Origin: Candidatus Aenigmatarchaeota archaeon
GTDB lineage: Archaea; Aenigmatarchaeota; Aenigmatarchaeia; CG10238-14; SpSt-28
Direction: 5' to 3'
Assembly: GCA_039000985.1 (NCBI GenBank)
Contig: JAWBMD010000001.1
Location: forward strand, 32,001-96,000
Length of the DNA stretch: 64,000 bases
Shown: piece after piece, positions 51,222 through 60,206 of the stretch
Layout of the letters: every line of letters starts with the position of its first letter
Numbering within the stretch: position 1 is the stretch's first letter
Program-made: the position numbers and the translations under genes
Notes under the pieces: generated by a model
Database searches by the model: none
What the model was told of the DNA's origin: nothing
What the model saw: only the letters and a program-made list of their open reading frames with translations

Positions 51222-52744
51222 TTCAAAAAATTTATTAGTGAATTTGATTTTTTCATTTTGTAAATTAAGCTTCTCATTTTCTTCTCTTTTTGAACAGAGC
51301 TCCAATAAAATATTTCATCCAAAGTAGATTTTGTAATTAAATAAATAACTCTTCCAACGCTTTTTCTTCCAACTCTTCCTCTTCTTTGAATAGCTCTTAT
51401 TGCGCTTGGTGCTTCATCATAAAAAATTGCTATATCAGCAGTAAAATCCAAACCTTCTTCTCCAATACTGGAGCAAACTAAACAATTGAATTCATTATTT
51501 TCAAATCTTTTCAAAATTTCTATTTGCTTTTCTTGCTTTAGTCCAATACCCTTTTTAAAAGCTTGCCCTATTAATATTTCAGATTTTATTGAATTGCTAT
51601 TCAAAAATTCATTAATTTTCAAAACAGTATCTCTATAATTAGCGAAAATTATAATTCTAACTTTTGGGTTTAATTCTATTTCTTTTTTTACTATTTCCAA
51701 AAGTTTATTAAATTTAGGATGTTCAATACCATTAGAAATGCTTTTTATTATTTCAAAAGCTCTCCTAACTCTAAAATCTTTAACAACAGCTTTATCCGTT
51801 CTTTTCTTACTTTTAAACAAATTTTCCAAATAAGAAAGAAATGGTGTTATTCCTTGTGTTTCCAAAATTTCAGCAGCATGGAAAATTTTTATTGTTTCAG
51901 AAATTCTTTGTAATAAATGCAAATAAAATGGATTTCCTTGAGTTATGTATTGCTCAGCTATCTCATCTTTTGCTTCCAATAAAATTCTTCTACTAATTTT
52001 ATCTTCTTTCAATGCTTCTTTTTCTTTTAAATATTTAAAATCTTCATCCAACCTTTCTGCTAAAATTCTAATTGCTTCTTTATATTTTTCTGGCAAATCA
52101 ATATAAATCATATCTTTAAAAACTTTTTTAACATAAGGAGCTACATCAGGATCTTTTTCAGTTCTTATTTCAACATGCTCTAATGATAAAGCATTTTCTA
52201 TTTCTTTTATTTTTTCTATTTTATCCGATGGAGAAGCTGTTAAACCTATTATTAATGGGAATTTTGATTTTTCTTTATAAATTTTTGCTATAAAAGTATA
52301 GGAATAATTTCCAACACTTCTATGAGCTTCATCAACAATTAACAATGAAATATTTGATAAATCCAAACTACCATTTTTTATATCATTTTCTATTGTTTGT
52401 GGTGTGGATACAATTACTTTTGCATTTTCATATAAACTTTTTCTTTTAGCAGGGGAAATTTTTCCTGTTATTAAAACAAAATTATTTTCCTCTAACTTTA
52501 AATTTTCTTTAAATGATTTGTATTGCTGAGAGCAAAGAGGTCTTGTTGGAGCCAAAATCAATATTTTACTTTCTGGATAAATAGATAATCTATGAGAAGC
52601 TATCATTATCGCTATTATTGTTTTTCCAAGGCTTGTTGGTAAAACTATCAAAGAATTTTTATCTTTGCAATTATTTGCTATTTTTAATTGATATTCCCTT
52701 CTTTCTATTTTTTCGCTTTTTATTAGCTCTAGATTTAAATCCAT
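51218..52744 (-). CDS. Hef/FANCM-like SF2 helicase lacking the nuclease domain
   Basis: REYQ, LPTSLGKT, DEAH, GLTASP, HPK, GEEGLD, IQRRGRVGR. Confidence 0.9.
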   Translation of the reverse strand: MDLNLELIKSEKIERREYQLKIANNCKDKNSLIVLPTSLGKTIIAIMIASHRLSIYPESKILILAPTRPLCSQQYKSFKENLKLEENNFVLITGKISPAKRKSLYENAKVIVSTPQTIENDIKNGSLDLSNISLLIVDEAHRSVGNYSYTFIAKIYKEKSKFPLIIGLTASPSDKIEKIKEIENALSLEHVEIRTEKDPDVAPYVKKVFKDMIYIDLPEKYKEAIRILAERLDEDFKYLKEKEALKEDKISRRILLEAKDEIAEQYITQGNPFYLHLLQRISETIKIFHAAEILETQGITPFLSYLENLFKSKKRTDKAVVKDFRVRRAFEIIKSISNGIEHPKFNKLLEIVKKEIELNPKVRIIIFANYRDTVLKINEFLNSNSIKSEILIGQAFKKGIGLKQEKQIEILKRFENNEFNCLVCSSIGEEGLDFTADIAIFYDEAPSAIRAIQRRGRVGRKSVGRVIYLITKSTLDEIFYWSSVQKEKKMRSLIYKMKKSNSLINFLK

Positions 52745-52752
52745 AAATTAAT

Positions 52753-53229
52753 TCAAATAATTTCAGAAATATTTTTACATTCTTTTTCTATAGTGATATG
52801 TGTAGTGCTTTTTTCTATATCTTCTGCAAGCAAAAATCTTTTAATGAAAAATGTTAATTCATTATTATTTCTAAAAAAGCATCTAATTAGCAAATCATTT
52901 TCCCCACTTATTTCACTTATTTCTAAAACATTTAAATGCTCCATAAGTTTTTTCTTAATAGCTTTTATAAAGGCATTCGATTTTGCTTTAATCAATATAA
53001 CAGCTTCAATTTCTAATCCAAGCTTTTGAAGGTCAATTTCCATTCCAAATTTTTTTATAACACCAGCTTTCATCATTTTTTCAACCCTTTTTATTACTGT
53101 TACTGTTGTTACACCAACTTCTTTTGCAACCTGATTAAAAGATTTTCTGCTATCTTTTTCCAATGAACTTATTATTTTTTTATCAATCTCATCTATAAAG
53201 TAAACTTTTGTTTTATTGTTCCTAGGCAC
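52753..53229 (-). CDS. Lrp/AsnC-family transcription regulator
   Basis: DEIDKKII..L..DSR HTH, GVIKKF, ISGENDL. Confidence 0.92.
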   Translation of the reverse strand: MPRNNKTKVYFIDEIDKKIISSLEKDSRKSFNQVAKEVGVTTVTVIKRVEKMMKAGVIKKFGMEIDLQKLGLEIEAVILIKAKSNAFIKAIKKKLMEHLNVLEISEISGENDLLIRCFFRNNNELTFFIKRFLLAEDIEKSTTHITIEKECKNISEII

Positions 53230-53253
53230 AATTAAATATTAGTTTAATAAATT

Positions 53254-54168
53254 TTATTTGTTTTCAGCTTCTAAGCTTTTTATAATTTCCAAAGCAGCTT
53301 TACAACCATCTCCAGCAGCTGTTATTGCTTGCATATATTTAAAATCAACACAGTCACCAGCAGCAAAAACACCTTTAATGCTAGTTTCAAATTTATTATC
53401 AACTTTTATATAACCATTTTCATCCATTTCCAAGATTCCCTTAAAAATTTCTGTATTTGGTGCATGACCAATTGCTAAAAAAACTCCATCACAATTAAAA
53501 ATTTCGCTTTCATTATTTTTAACATTTTTTAGTAAGACAGCTTCAACTTTTTCACTTCCAATTATTTTTTCAACTACAAAAGGAACTTTGAATTTAACAT
53601 TTTCAAGCAATTTAACTTTTTCAACCATTATTTTGCTTGCTTTAAATTCCTCTCTTCTATGAACTACTGTAACATCTTTAGAAAATTTAGAAAGTGTTAA
53701 AGCATATTCCATAGCTGTATCTCCACCACCAACAACTACAACTTTTTTGTTTTTAAAGAGAGGAGCATCACACGTTGCACAAGTAGAAACTCCTCTTCCA
53801 ATTAATTCTTTTTCTCCTCCAATTCCTAAAAGCTTTGGTTTTGCTCCAGTTGCAATTAAAACTCTTTTTGCTTCAAATACATCTTCTTCAACAATTACTT
53901 TAAATGGTTTTGATGAAAAATCTACTTTTGTTGCATTTTTTTCTATTATTTCAATCCCAAGCTCTTTAACTTGCTCAATCATCCTTTCCATTAATTCTCT
54001 ACCAAGAATGCTTTTAAATCCTGGAAAGTTTTCAACATAGCTTGTTAGCATTAATTGACCACCATATTCATAACCAGCTATTAACAATGTTTTTAGTTTA
54101 TTTCTAGCTAAGTAAATGCTAGCAGTGCAACCAGCTGGGCCTGAACCAATTACTATTGCATCGTACAT
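53254..54168 (-). CDS. trxB: Thioredoxin reductase
   Basis: GSGPAG, GGQL, VENFPG, CATCD, GGGDTA, HRR, FAAGD. Confidence 0.96.
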   Translation of the reverse strand: MYDAIVIGSGPAGCTASIYLARNKLKTLLIAGYEYGGQLMLTSYVENFPGFKSILGRELMERMIEQVKELGIEIIEKNATKVDFSSKPFKVIVEEDVFEAKRVLIATGAKPKLLGIGGEKELIGRGVSTCATCDAPLFKNKKVVVVGGGDTAMEYALTLSKFSKDVTVVHRREEFKASKIMVEKVKLLENVKFKVPFVVEKIIGSEKVEAVLLKNVKNNESEIFNCDGVFLAIGHAPNTEIFKGILEMDENGYIKVDNKFETSIKGVFAAGDCVDFKYMQAITAAGDGCKAALEIIKSLEAENK

Positions 54169-54593
54169 AAATTTAGATATTGTTTTAATCTTTTAATTGG
54201 AAAAAAGTTTAATATTTTACCATTTTTATAATATCCAGAACCCAAATAATATTCTTTAAACTTAACTACAACAAAATTTTCATCCATGTTTAAATTCTTT
54301 TCTATTTCATTACCAGAAAGCCATTTTTTTAAATCTTCTTCATTTAGCTCAACAACATTTTTCTTAATATTTTTTCCAAATAAGCTTGTTGCATCTAACG
54401 AAAAAACAAATTTGTTATTTCTTTTTATTTTACCTAGATATAAGCCATAATACTTAACTTTTATATTTATTGTATTCATTACATGAAAAGCATCTTTTGT
54501 TAAAATTCTAACTTTATCATTTTTTTGCTTTATTATTTCAAGTTTATCAAGCTTTAATCCATATCTTTTCTCTATTATTTCATCAACTTGCAT
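54153..54593 (-). CDS. PUA-like (Nip7/RsmF C-terminal-like) partner of the m5C methyltransferase
   Basis: GLYLG, NVVEL...KWLSG, VVVK...LGSG....GKILNFFP; overlaps the methyltransferase gene. Confidence 0.7.
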   Translation of the reverse strand: MQVDEIIEKRYGLKLDKLEIIKQKNDKVRILTKDAFHVMNTINIKVKYYGLYLGKIKRNNKFVFSLDATSLFGKNIKKNVVELNEEDLKKWLSGNEIEKNLNMDENFVVVKFKEYYLGSGYYKNGKILNFFPIKRLKQYLNLCTMQ

Positions 54594-55360
54594 ATGAAAA
54601 ATTTTTCTTGGTATGGAAGATTAATTCTATAAGTATTTTTTATGAAAGATCCTTCCAAGCTATATTTTTCAAAATTTTTTATTTCAACAGTTTCGCAACT
54701 TGTTTTTTGAATGCAATATTTAATAACTTCTTCATTTTCTTCATTTAATATTGAGCATGTAGAATAAACAATAAAGCCATCATTTTTAATGCAATTGAAA
54801 GCATTTATTAGCAAAGATTTTTGTAGAGATGATAATTTTTTTATTTGGGTTTCGCTAACTTTCAAATTATCATAAACTCCTGTAGCACTGCATGGTACGT
54901 CAAGTAATATTCTATCAAATTTTAAATTACATTTTTTCAAAAATTTAACTCCATCAATCATTGTAACTATTGTATTTAATACTCCACATCTTTGCAAGTT
55001 AAATGTTAAGCTTTTAATTCTTTTTTCTTTTATATCATTAGCGATTATACAGCCAGTATTTTCCATTATTTGAGCAATTTGTGTTGTTTTTGCTCCTGGA
55101 GAGGCACATAAATCTAAAACCAAGCTATTCTTTTCAATATCTAAAATTATTGGGACGAGCATACTGCTTGCATCTTGAATAAAGATATATCCTAAAAAGT
55201 GTTCCATTTCTTTTGCTATATTTTTTCCATTTTCTTCAACAAAAAATCCATAATCGCAATAGCTTATTTTTTCTAAAGAGTAATTTTTTTCTTCCAAGCT
55301 TTTAACAACATCCTTTACATTAGCTTTCAATGTATTTATTCTTATTGCTTTTTTCTTCAT
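54575..55360 (-). CDS. RsmB/Nop2 (NOL1)-family RNA m5C methyltransferase
   Basis: IRINTLK, IQDASSM, DLCASPGAKTT, DVPCS, VYSTCS..EENE. Confidence 0.92.
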   Translation of the reverse strand: MKKKAIRINTLKANVKDVVKSLEEKNYSLEKISYCDYGFFVEENGKNIAKEMEHFLGYIFIQDASSMLVPIILDIEKNSLVLDLCASPGAKTTQIAQIMENTGCIIANDIKEKRIKSLTFNLQRCGVLNTIVTMIDGVKFLKKCNLKFDRILLDVPCSATGVYDNLKVSETQIKKLSSLQKSLLINAFNCIKNDGFIVYSTCSILNEENEEVIKYCIQKTSCETVEIKNFEKYSLEGSFIKNTYRINLPYQEKFFICKLMK

Positions 55361-55369
55361 AATTATTTT

Positions 55370-57097
55370 ATGAATGGTTTTGACTTAATAATTGCTGAAA
55401 AGCAAAAGGCTGCTGAAAAAATAGCAAGAGCTTTAAGTAATGGTAATTATAAGGTAAATAAATGGAGGTTTTATCAATTTGGAAATTATTTAGTTGTTTA
55501 TGCAAAAGGTCATTTGTTTAAATTAGATACTAGAGATAAAGTATGGAATTATCCAACTTTTGAAGCTGAATGGTTTCCAGTTAATAAAGAAATTAGAAAA
55601 TATATTTCCATTTTAAGAGAAGTTTGTAATAAGTGTAGAAATGTTATAATAGCAACTGATTATGATATAGAGGGTGATGTTATTGGTTATAATATTTTAA
55701 GGTTTATTTTGAAAAGAAAAAATGCTTATAGGGCAAAATTTTCTGCTTTAACTGAATCAGAAATAAAAAAGGCATTTTCAAATTTAATGAATTCTTTAGA
55801 TTCGAATCATGTTTATGCAGGATTAACTAGGCATTATTTAGATTTTTATTGGGGAATTAATCTTACAAGAGCTTTAACAAAAATAGTTAATAATGGCAAA
55901 ATAATTTCTTGTGGAAGAGTACAAACACCAACTCTAAACTTAATTTTGGAAAGAGAGTCAGAGATTAGAAATTTTATACCAAAAGATTTTTGGGTAATAA
56001 AAGCTTTGTTTGATAAAAATGGCGAAAAGTTTTATGGAGAATATATAGAAGGAAGAGTTTTCGATAAGGAGAAAGCATTTAAAATATTTGATGAATGCAA
56101 TAAAGCTAAGGATGTGAAAATAGAAAGCATCGAATCTAAAAAAATAAAAGTTAAACCATTACCACCATTTAATTTAACTTCATTACAATCAGAAGCTTAC
56201 AAATTTTTTAAATTTTCTCCTTCAAAAACATTAAAAATAGCTGAAGAATTGTACTTAGATGGTTTTATAACATATCCAAGAACATCTAGCGAAAAAATGC
56301 CAAAGGGTATGAATTTGAAAGAAATATTAAACGATTTAGCTAAATTTAAAAACTATTATGATTTTGTTTCAAAAATATTTTCAAAAAGAGAGTTGAGATA
56401 TATAGAAGGTAAAAAAGAGGACCCTGCACATCCAGCTATAATACCAACTGGAAAAATTCCTTATAAAATTAGTAGCGAGCAATTTAAAATATTTGATTTA
56501 ATAGCTAGAAGATTTATTAATTGTTTTTTCAATGATTTAATACTTCACGAACAAAAAGTAATTTTAAACATAAATGGGTATAAATTTATTGTTTTTGGTA
56601 GAGCTATTATTGAAAATGGATGGATAGAGGTTTATCCAAAGAAAATAAAAGAAAATTTAATCCCAAAATTAAACTATAATGATAAGATATTATTAATAAA
56701 AGTTGAGATATTAAAAGGTAAGACAGCTCCACCAAATAGATACAATTTATCAGAGCTAATAAAAACAATGGAAAATTTAAAATTGGGAACAAAAACAACA
56801 AGAGCAGAAATAATAGAAACTTTATTTAGAAGAAATTTTATAAAGGGAAAAAAGACAGTTGAAATAACTCCTTGGGGGGAAACTGTTATAAATGTTGTAA
56901 AACCAATAGTTCCAATAATAACAAGTGTTGAAATGACTAGAAAGTTTGAGGAATATATGGAAGAAATAATGCAAGGAAAAAGAGATATGGAAAGTGTTTT
57001 AAGAGAAGCTAAAGCTTTTATAACTAATGTTATAAATGAGCTTGAAAAAAGAAAGGAAGAAATAAAGAATAGTTTCAATAAAGTTCAGACTCACTAA
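55370..57097 (+). CDS. topA: Type IA DNA topoisomerase (no C-terminal Zn ribbons)
   Basis: IAEK, ATDYDIEG, GRVQTPTL, catalytic ITYPRT, HPAIIPT, GTKTTR. Confidence 0.95.
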   Translation: MNGFDLIIAEKQKAAEKIARALSNGNYKVNKWRFYQFGNYLVVYAKGHLFKLDTRDKVWNYPTFEAEWFPVNKEIRKYISILREVCNKCRNVIIATDYDIEGDVIGYNILRFILKRKNAYRAKFSALTESEIKKAFSNLMNSLDSNHVYAGLTRHYLDFYWGINLTRALTKIVNNGKIISCGRVQTPTLNLILERESEIRNFIPKDFWVIKALFDKNGEKFYGEYIEGRVFDKEKAFKIFDECNKAKDVKIESIESKKIKVKPLPPFNLTSLQSEAYKFFKFSPSKTLKIAEELYLDGFITYPRTSSEKMPKGMNLKEILNDLAKFKNYYDFVSKIFSKRELRYIEGKKEDPAHPAIIPTGKIPYKISSEQFKIFDLIARRFINCFFNDLILHEQKVILNINGYKFIVFGRAIIENGWIEVYPKKIKENLIPKLNYNDKILLIKVEILKGKTAPPNRYNLSELIKTMENLKLGTKTTRAEIIETLFRRNFIKGKKTVEITPWGETVINVVKPIVPIITSVEMTRKFEEYMEEIMQGKRDMESVLREAKAFITNVINELEKRKEEIKNSFNKVQTH

Positions 57098-57338
57098 TTA
57101 TTACAAAATCTCCTATGCTTTTTACTGCCGAGAATGGTATTACTATTTTTCCTTTTTCATTTTTCTTTAAATTTAATTGTGAAGCATAGCTTGTTGGCTG
57201 GCCAGCAATTATATTTATTAGCTCTCCAGTTTCAACTACAAATTCTACATTTTCAACTACACCAAGCTTTCTTCCATTTTCTTCGCTTATTATGGTTTTT
57301 CCTATTATATCAACAGCTCTAACTCTACTTTCTGGCAT
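57075..57338 (-). CDS. PRC-barrel protein (CdpB-like)
   Basis: IIGKTII...GRKLG.V......TGEL, IPFSAVKSIGDFVII. Confidence 0.85.
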   Translation of the reverse strand: MPESRVRAVDIIGKTIISEENGRKLGVVENVEFVVETGELINIIAGQPTSYASQLNLKKNEKGKIVIPFSAVKSIGDFVIISESELY

Positions 57339-57367
57339 ATTTTAACTTTAGATAATAAAAATAAATT

Positions 57368-57658
57368 ATGGCAAAAGTAATTGTTCAGGATGTTTATGAT
57401 GTAATAGGATTGGGCAATATTGTTTTATGTTATATTAAAGAGGGTACTTTAAGGGTTGGCATGGTTACTAAATATAAAAATTATGTTTTAAGGGTTGCTA
57501 TGATAGAAAGTAAAAATGAAAGAAAAGAATATGCAGAGGAAAAAGAGTTTTGTGGGGTAAAATTAATACCTAATGAATTTTCTTTAGCAGATATATTTTT
57601 TGGAAAGGGAGAAAAAATAGTTAAAGAGCTTAAAGGAGTTTTATTGGAGTTTTCTTAG
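57368..57658 (+). CDS. Stand-alone translation-factor beta-barrel (EF-Tu domain II-like) protein
   Basis: VQDVY.V.G.G......IKEGTLRVG...V..IE......A......GV.L pattern. Confidence 0.6.
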   Translation: MAKVIVQDVYDVIGLGNIVLCYIKEGTLRVGMVTKYKNYVLRVAMIESKNERKEYAEEKEFCGVKLIPNEFSLADIFFGKGEKIVKELKGVLLEFS

Positions 57659-57730
57659 TGGACCAGCCGGGATTTGAACCCGGAGCCTTCGCTCAGCCAA
57701 AGCGACGTGCTACCATTGCACCACTGGCCC
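57659..57730 (-). tRNA. tRNA-Ala(GGC), intronless, CCA not encoded
   Basis: Cloverleaf GGGCCAG-TG-GTGC AATGGTA GCAC-G-TCGCT TTGGCTG AGCGA-AGGCT-CCGGG TTCAAAT CCCGG-CTGGTCC-A, with the G3:U70 Ala identity pair. Confidence 0.95.
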
Positions 57731-59045
57731 ATTCCTTAAATTCTTTAATAGTTGGAAAAAATAAATCAATATATTGTTTAATTAAATATTTATCCACACC
57801 ACATATCTTTATTTTTTTATTTGTTATACCTATAACCTTTATTTTCTTACTTACTAAATTTTTTATCATAAATCCATAGCCTATCAAACTTTTGATGTTT
57901 TTTTCGCTGACAAAAACCGCTGTAGAATTAAAAAAATTATCACTCACAATGTAAGTTCCATACTTCGTTTCCAGTATAGTCTTTCCTTTTGGACGTAGGT
58001 TATTTTTTTCTAAAATATTTTGTATATTTTTTTCGAGTTTGTCTAATGGTTTTTTCTTTTCTATTAATGCGCCTCTAAGTGAATTTTTATTAATTAATCG
58101 AGCATAGAAATTAGATAAAAATCTTTTGAAATTTTTCATTTTCCCTTGAAGAATTTTAGTTCTTAGTTTTCTTAATTGAGTGATATCTAGGAGTATTGGA
58201 ATTATATTATTTTCAATTAACAATAGTGTTGCTTCTATTGGGAATCGTTCTTTTTTATAAGTATACTTTTTAACAAACCATGAAGTTACTATAAATTCTT
58301 TTTTTATTTTCTTTCTTTTTTCAAAAATTTTAGCTATTTCATAAAAAAGTAGAGCTTTACTCTTTCTGAATCCTAGAACTTCTTCAACAAAATTATTTCT
58401 ATAGTGAAAATCTACGCACCATCCACCTATCGGTACATGAACATCAAATGGTATATTTGCTTTTAAGTTCTCTTTTACAATCTTCTTTTCACGCTCTGTC
58501 AAGGGTGAGTTTTTTGCTCCAAGTGTTCCAAGCATCTTAAAGTAGTAGTTCCCATATTTTTTGATTAAGGTTTTCATTACTTTACTTCTAATTTTTTTGG
58601 AAGCTAGTATCTTTAACACATGCTTGCGTCTAAGTTCTTTAAATTTTTTATACATTTTTTTATTCAACTTAATTTTTTTATACCATAAAAGTAAAGAGTT
58701 GCGTCTTCTTTTGTTTCTAGCCAATTCAAGTTGTTTAAGGAACTTTTCATTTCCCCATTTCTTAATTCGTGCTTTTACACTATTTTTCCCACCTTTAATT
58801 TGTCCCCAGCTTGATTTTAATATTTGTACTTCTTTTAAAATTGTTTCTTTTTCTGGATACTCGTTTAATAGATCATTAAAAATATCCTTTGGAATGGTAC
58901 ATTCTAAACGTAGCCATCTTTTTAGTGTTGAATATGAAATACCATATTTTTTACTGAGTTCTGTTTTGGTCAGATGAAGAAGTCTAGATTTATTTTCTAT
59001 TAAAGTTTTTATGAGTGATTTCGATTCGATTTTAACTCTTTCCAT
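57693..59045 (-). CDS. Very basic HTH protein with putative PD-(D/E)xK/Vsr-like nuclease domain(s); 3' end overlaps tRNA-Ala
   Basis: TELSKKYGISYSTLKRW HTH, WGQIKGG motif, PLTEREKKI...VDF...VEE segment and a second PLDKLEKNI...VSD segment. Confidence 0.6.
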   Translation of the reverse strand: MERVKIESKSLIKTLIENKSRLLHLTKTELSKKYGISYSTLKRWLRLECTIPKDIFNDLLNEYPEKETILKEVQILKSSWGQIKGGKNSVKARIKKWGNEKFLKQLELARNKRRRNSLLLWYKKIKLNKKMYKKFKELRRKHVLKILASKKIRSKVMKTLIKKYGNYYFKMLGTLGAKNSPLTEREKKIVKENLKANIPFDVHVPIGGWCVDFHYRNNFVEEVLGFRKSKALLFYEIAKIFEKRKKIKKEFIVTSWFVKKYTYKKERFPIEATLLLIENNIIPILLDITQLRKLRTKILQGKMKNFKRFLSNFYARLINKNSLRGALIEKKKPLDKLEKNIQNILEKNNLRPKGKTILETKYGTYIVSDNFFNSTAVFVSEKNIKSLIGYGFMIKNLVSKKIKVIGITNKKIKICGVDKYLIKQYIDLFFPTIKEFKEWASGAMVARRFG

Positions 59046-59070
59046 CGGTACGGATATATATTAGAAAATT

Positions 59071-59087
59071 TATTTAAATATTTCCGT
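59071..59087 (-). promoter_or_regulatory. Putative BRE-TATA promoter of the ORF-tRNA-Ala unit
   Basis: Minus strand reads ACGGAAA-TA-TTTAAATA, ending 25 nt before the ATG at 59045. Confidence 0.55.
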
Positions 59088-59153
59088 CATTTGAGCTACT
59101 GAACCTATTTTTCTCAAAGTTTTTAGTAGTTGAAAATAAAATTCTAATTTCTC

Positions 59154-59396
59154 TTACAATTCTTTTCTTATTGCAAGATAATTATCTATAGCTTCTTTAA
59201 TATCAACTGTTATTACAGTTCCATTTGGCAAAGTTCTTCTTATTGTCATTGGTAATAGCTTATTTTTAAATTCTTCTTTTGCTATTTCTCTTGGATTATA
59301 GCTTTTTGCTTTTATGAAATAAGGTGCTCCTAATGAAATTTGCATTGCTCGAGCAGAAATTATTCTAGCTACCTCATACTTTGTCAAAATGTTCAT
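59154..59396 (-). CDS. rpo6: RNA polymerase subunit Rpo6 (K)
   Basis: TKYEVARIISARAMQISLGAP, LPMTIRR.LP.G. Confidence 0.95.
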   Translation of the reverse strand: MNILTKYEVARIISARAMQISLGAPYFIKAKSYNPREIAKEEFKNKLLPMTIRRTLPNGTVITVDIKEAIDNYLAIRKEL

Positions 59397-59695
59397 AAAA
59401 CATATTTTTCTATTTAGAATTTTTATTTGTTATGGTTGTATATAGTATTTATAATTTGATATGTATTTATTCCATAGGGTTGTGGTATTTTGACTTAATT
59501 TTTGTTTAAGCTTTACAAAAAAGAAAATAAAATTAGTTTTTTAAGTATACAAGGAAATACTTGAATTTGTCAGCTAGATTTGTTAAATTATAAAATAACA
59601 GGACCTCTATATCTTGAAATATCTATGGAAAACTCCCTCTTTTCATTATTATATTCTGTGTTAATTATTTTGTAAGAAATATTTGGAAATTTGAT

Positions 59696-59938
59696 TTATA
59701 GTAAAAGCCTTTCTTGGGAATATATTTGACCTTCTGGAGTTCGCCACATTCTACTTATTTTTATCGAATCTACATACTCTCTGAGTCGTTCAAGATCTTC
59801 TAAAAGATTAATGTTTAGAAAATCTTCTGTAATTCTTCCATCTCCCCATCCATTAACTACTTTTCTTAAAATTATTTTCTTTACATCTTTTGGTAGGTAT
59901 GGTTCTATTGTTGTAGGTATTATAAAATAAATTATCAA
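59696..59938 (-). pseudogene. Possible gene fragment in an otherwise non-coding ~0.8 kb interval
   Basis: 80-codon frame with a TTG start and protein-like composition; upstream frames are broken by stops. Confidence 0.3.
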
Positions 59939-60206
59939 ATAAAAATATTAATATTTTGTGTCAATCATGTTCTTCTATATAACCTTTTAGCAAGCTTTGA
60001 ATGAAAAGTCATCATGTTTTTCTTTTTTTAACTTAAGCTATTTCATGCCTTATTTTTCACTATATTGTTTTGCTTTCTTATAGTATTTTTTAGATATTTC
60101 TCATTTTCTGTAAAAATTAATAATGAAGGATGAAAATTTATCGTATCTTAACAGCTTTTCTTTTGCTCATGTATATAAAAATATCGCTTAAAACATAAAA
60201 ACTATT

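Noticed and set aside
51222..51305. N-terminal extension of the LamG ORF in the track
   Set aside because: It overlaps the helicase gene; the class III signal begins at ATG 51221.
57692..57700. Unusual U37-G38 in the tRNA-Ala loop suggesting a pseudo-tRNA or a Pro(TGG) reading
   Set aside because: Stems are intact, the 7-nt loop centres on GGC and G3:U70 marks Ala. I recall the same loop in other archaeal Ala(GGC) tRNAs.
57658..57879. 73-aa plus-strand ORF MDQPGFEPG...
   Set aside because: It is the antisense translation of the tRNA gene.
59091..59105. Minus-strand GGTTCAGTAGCTCAA resembling a tRNA 5' fragment (att site or split tRNA)
   Set aside because: Only about 10 of 15 positions match tRNA-Ala, no D stem or bulge-helix-bulge partner follows, and it is too short to support.
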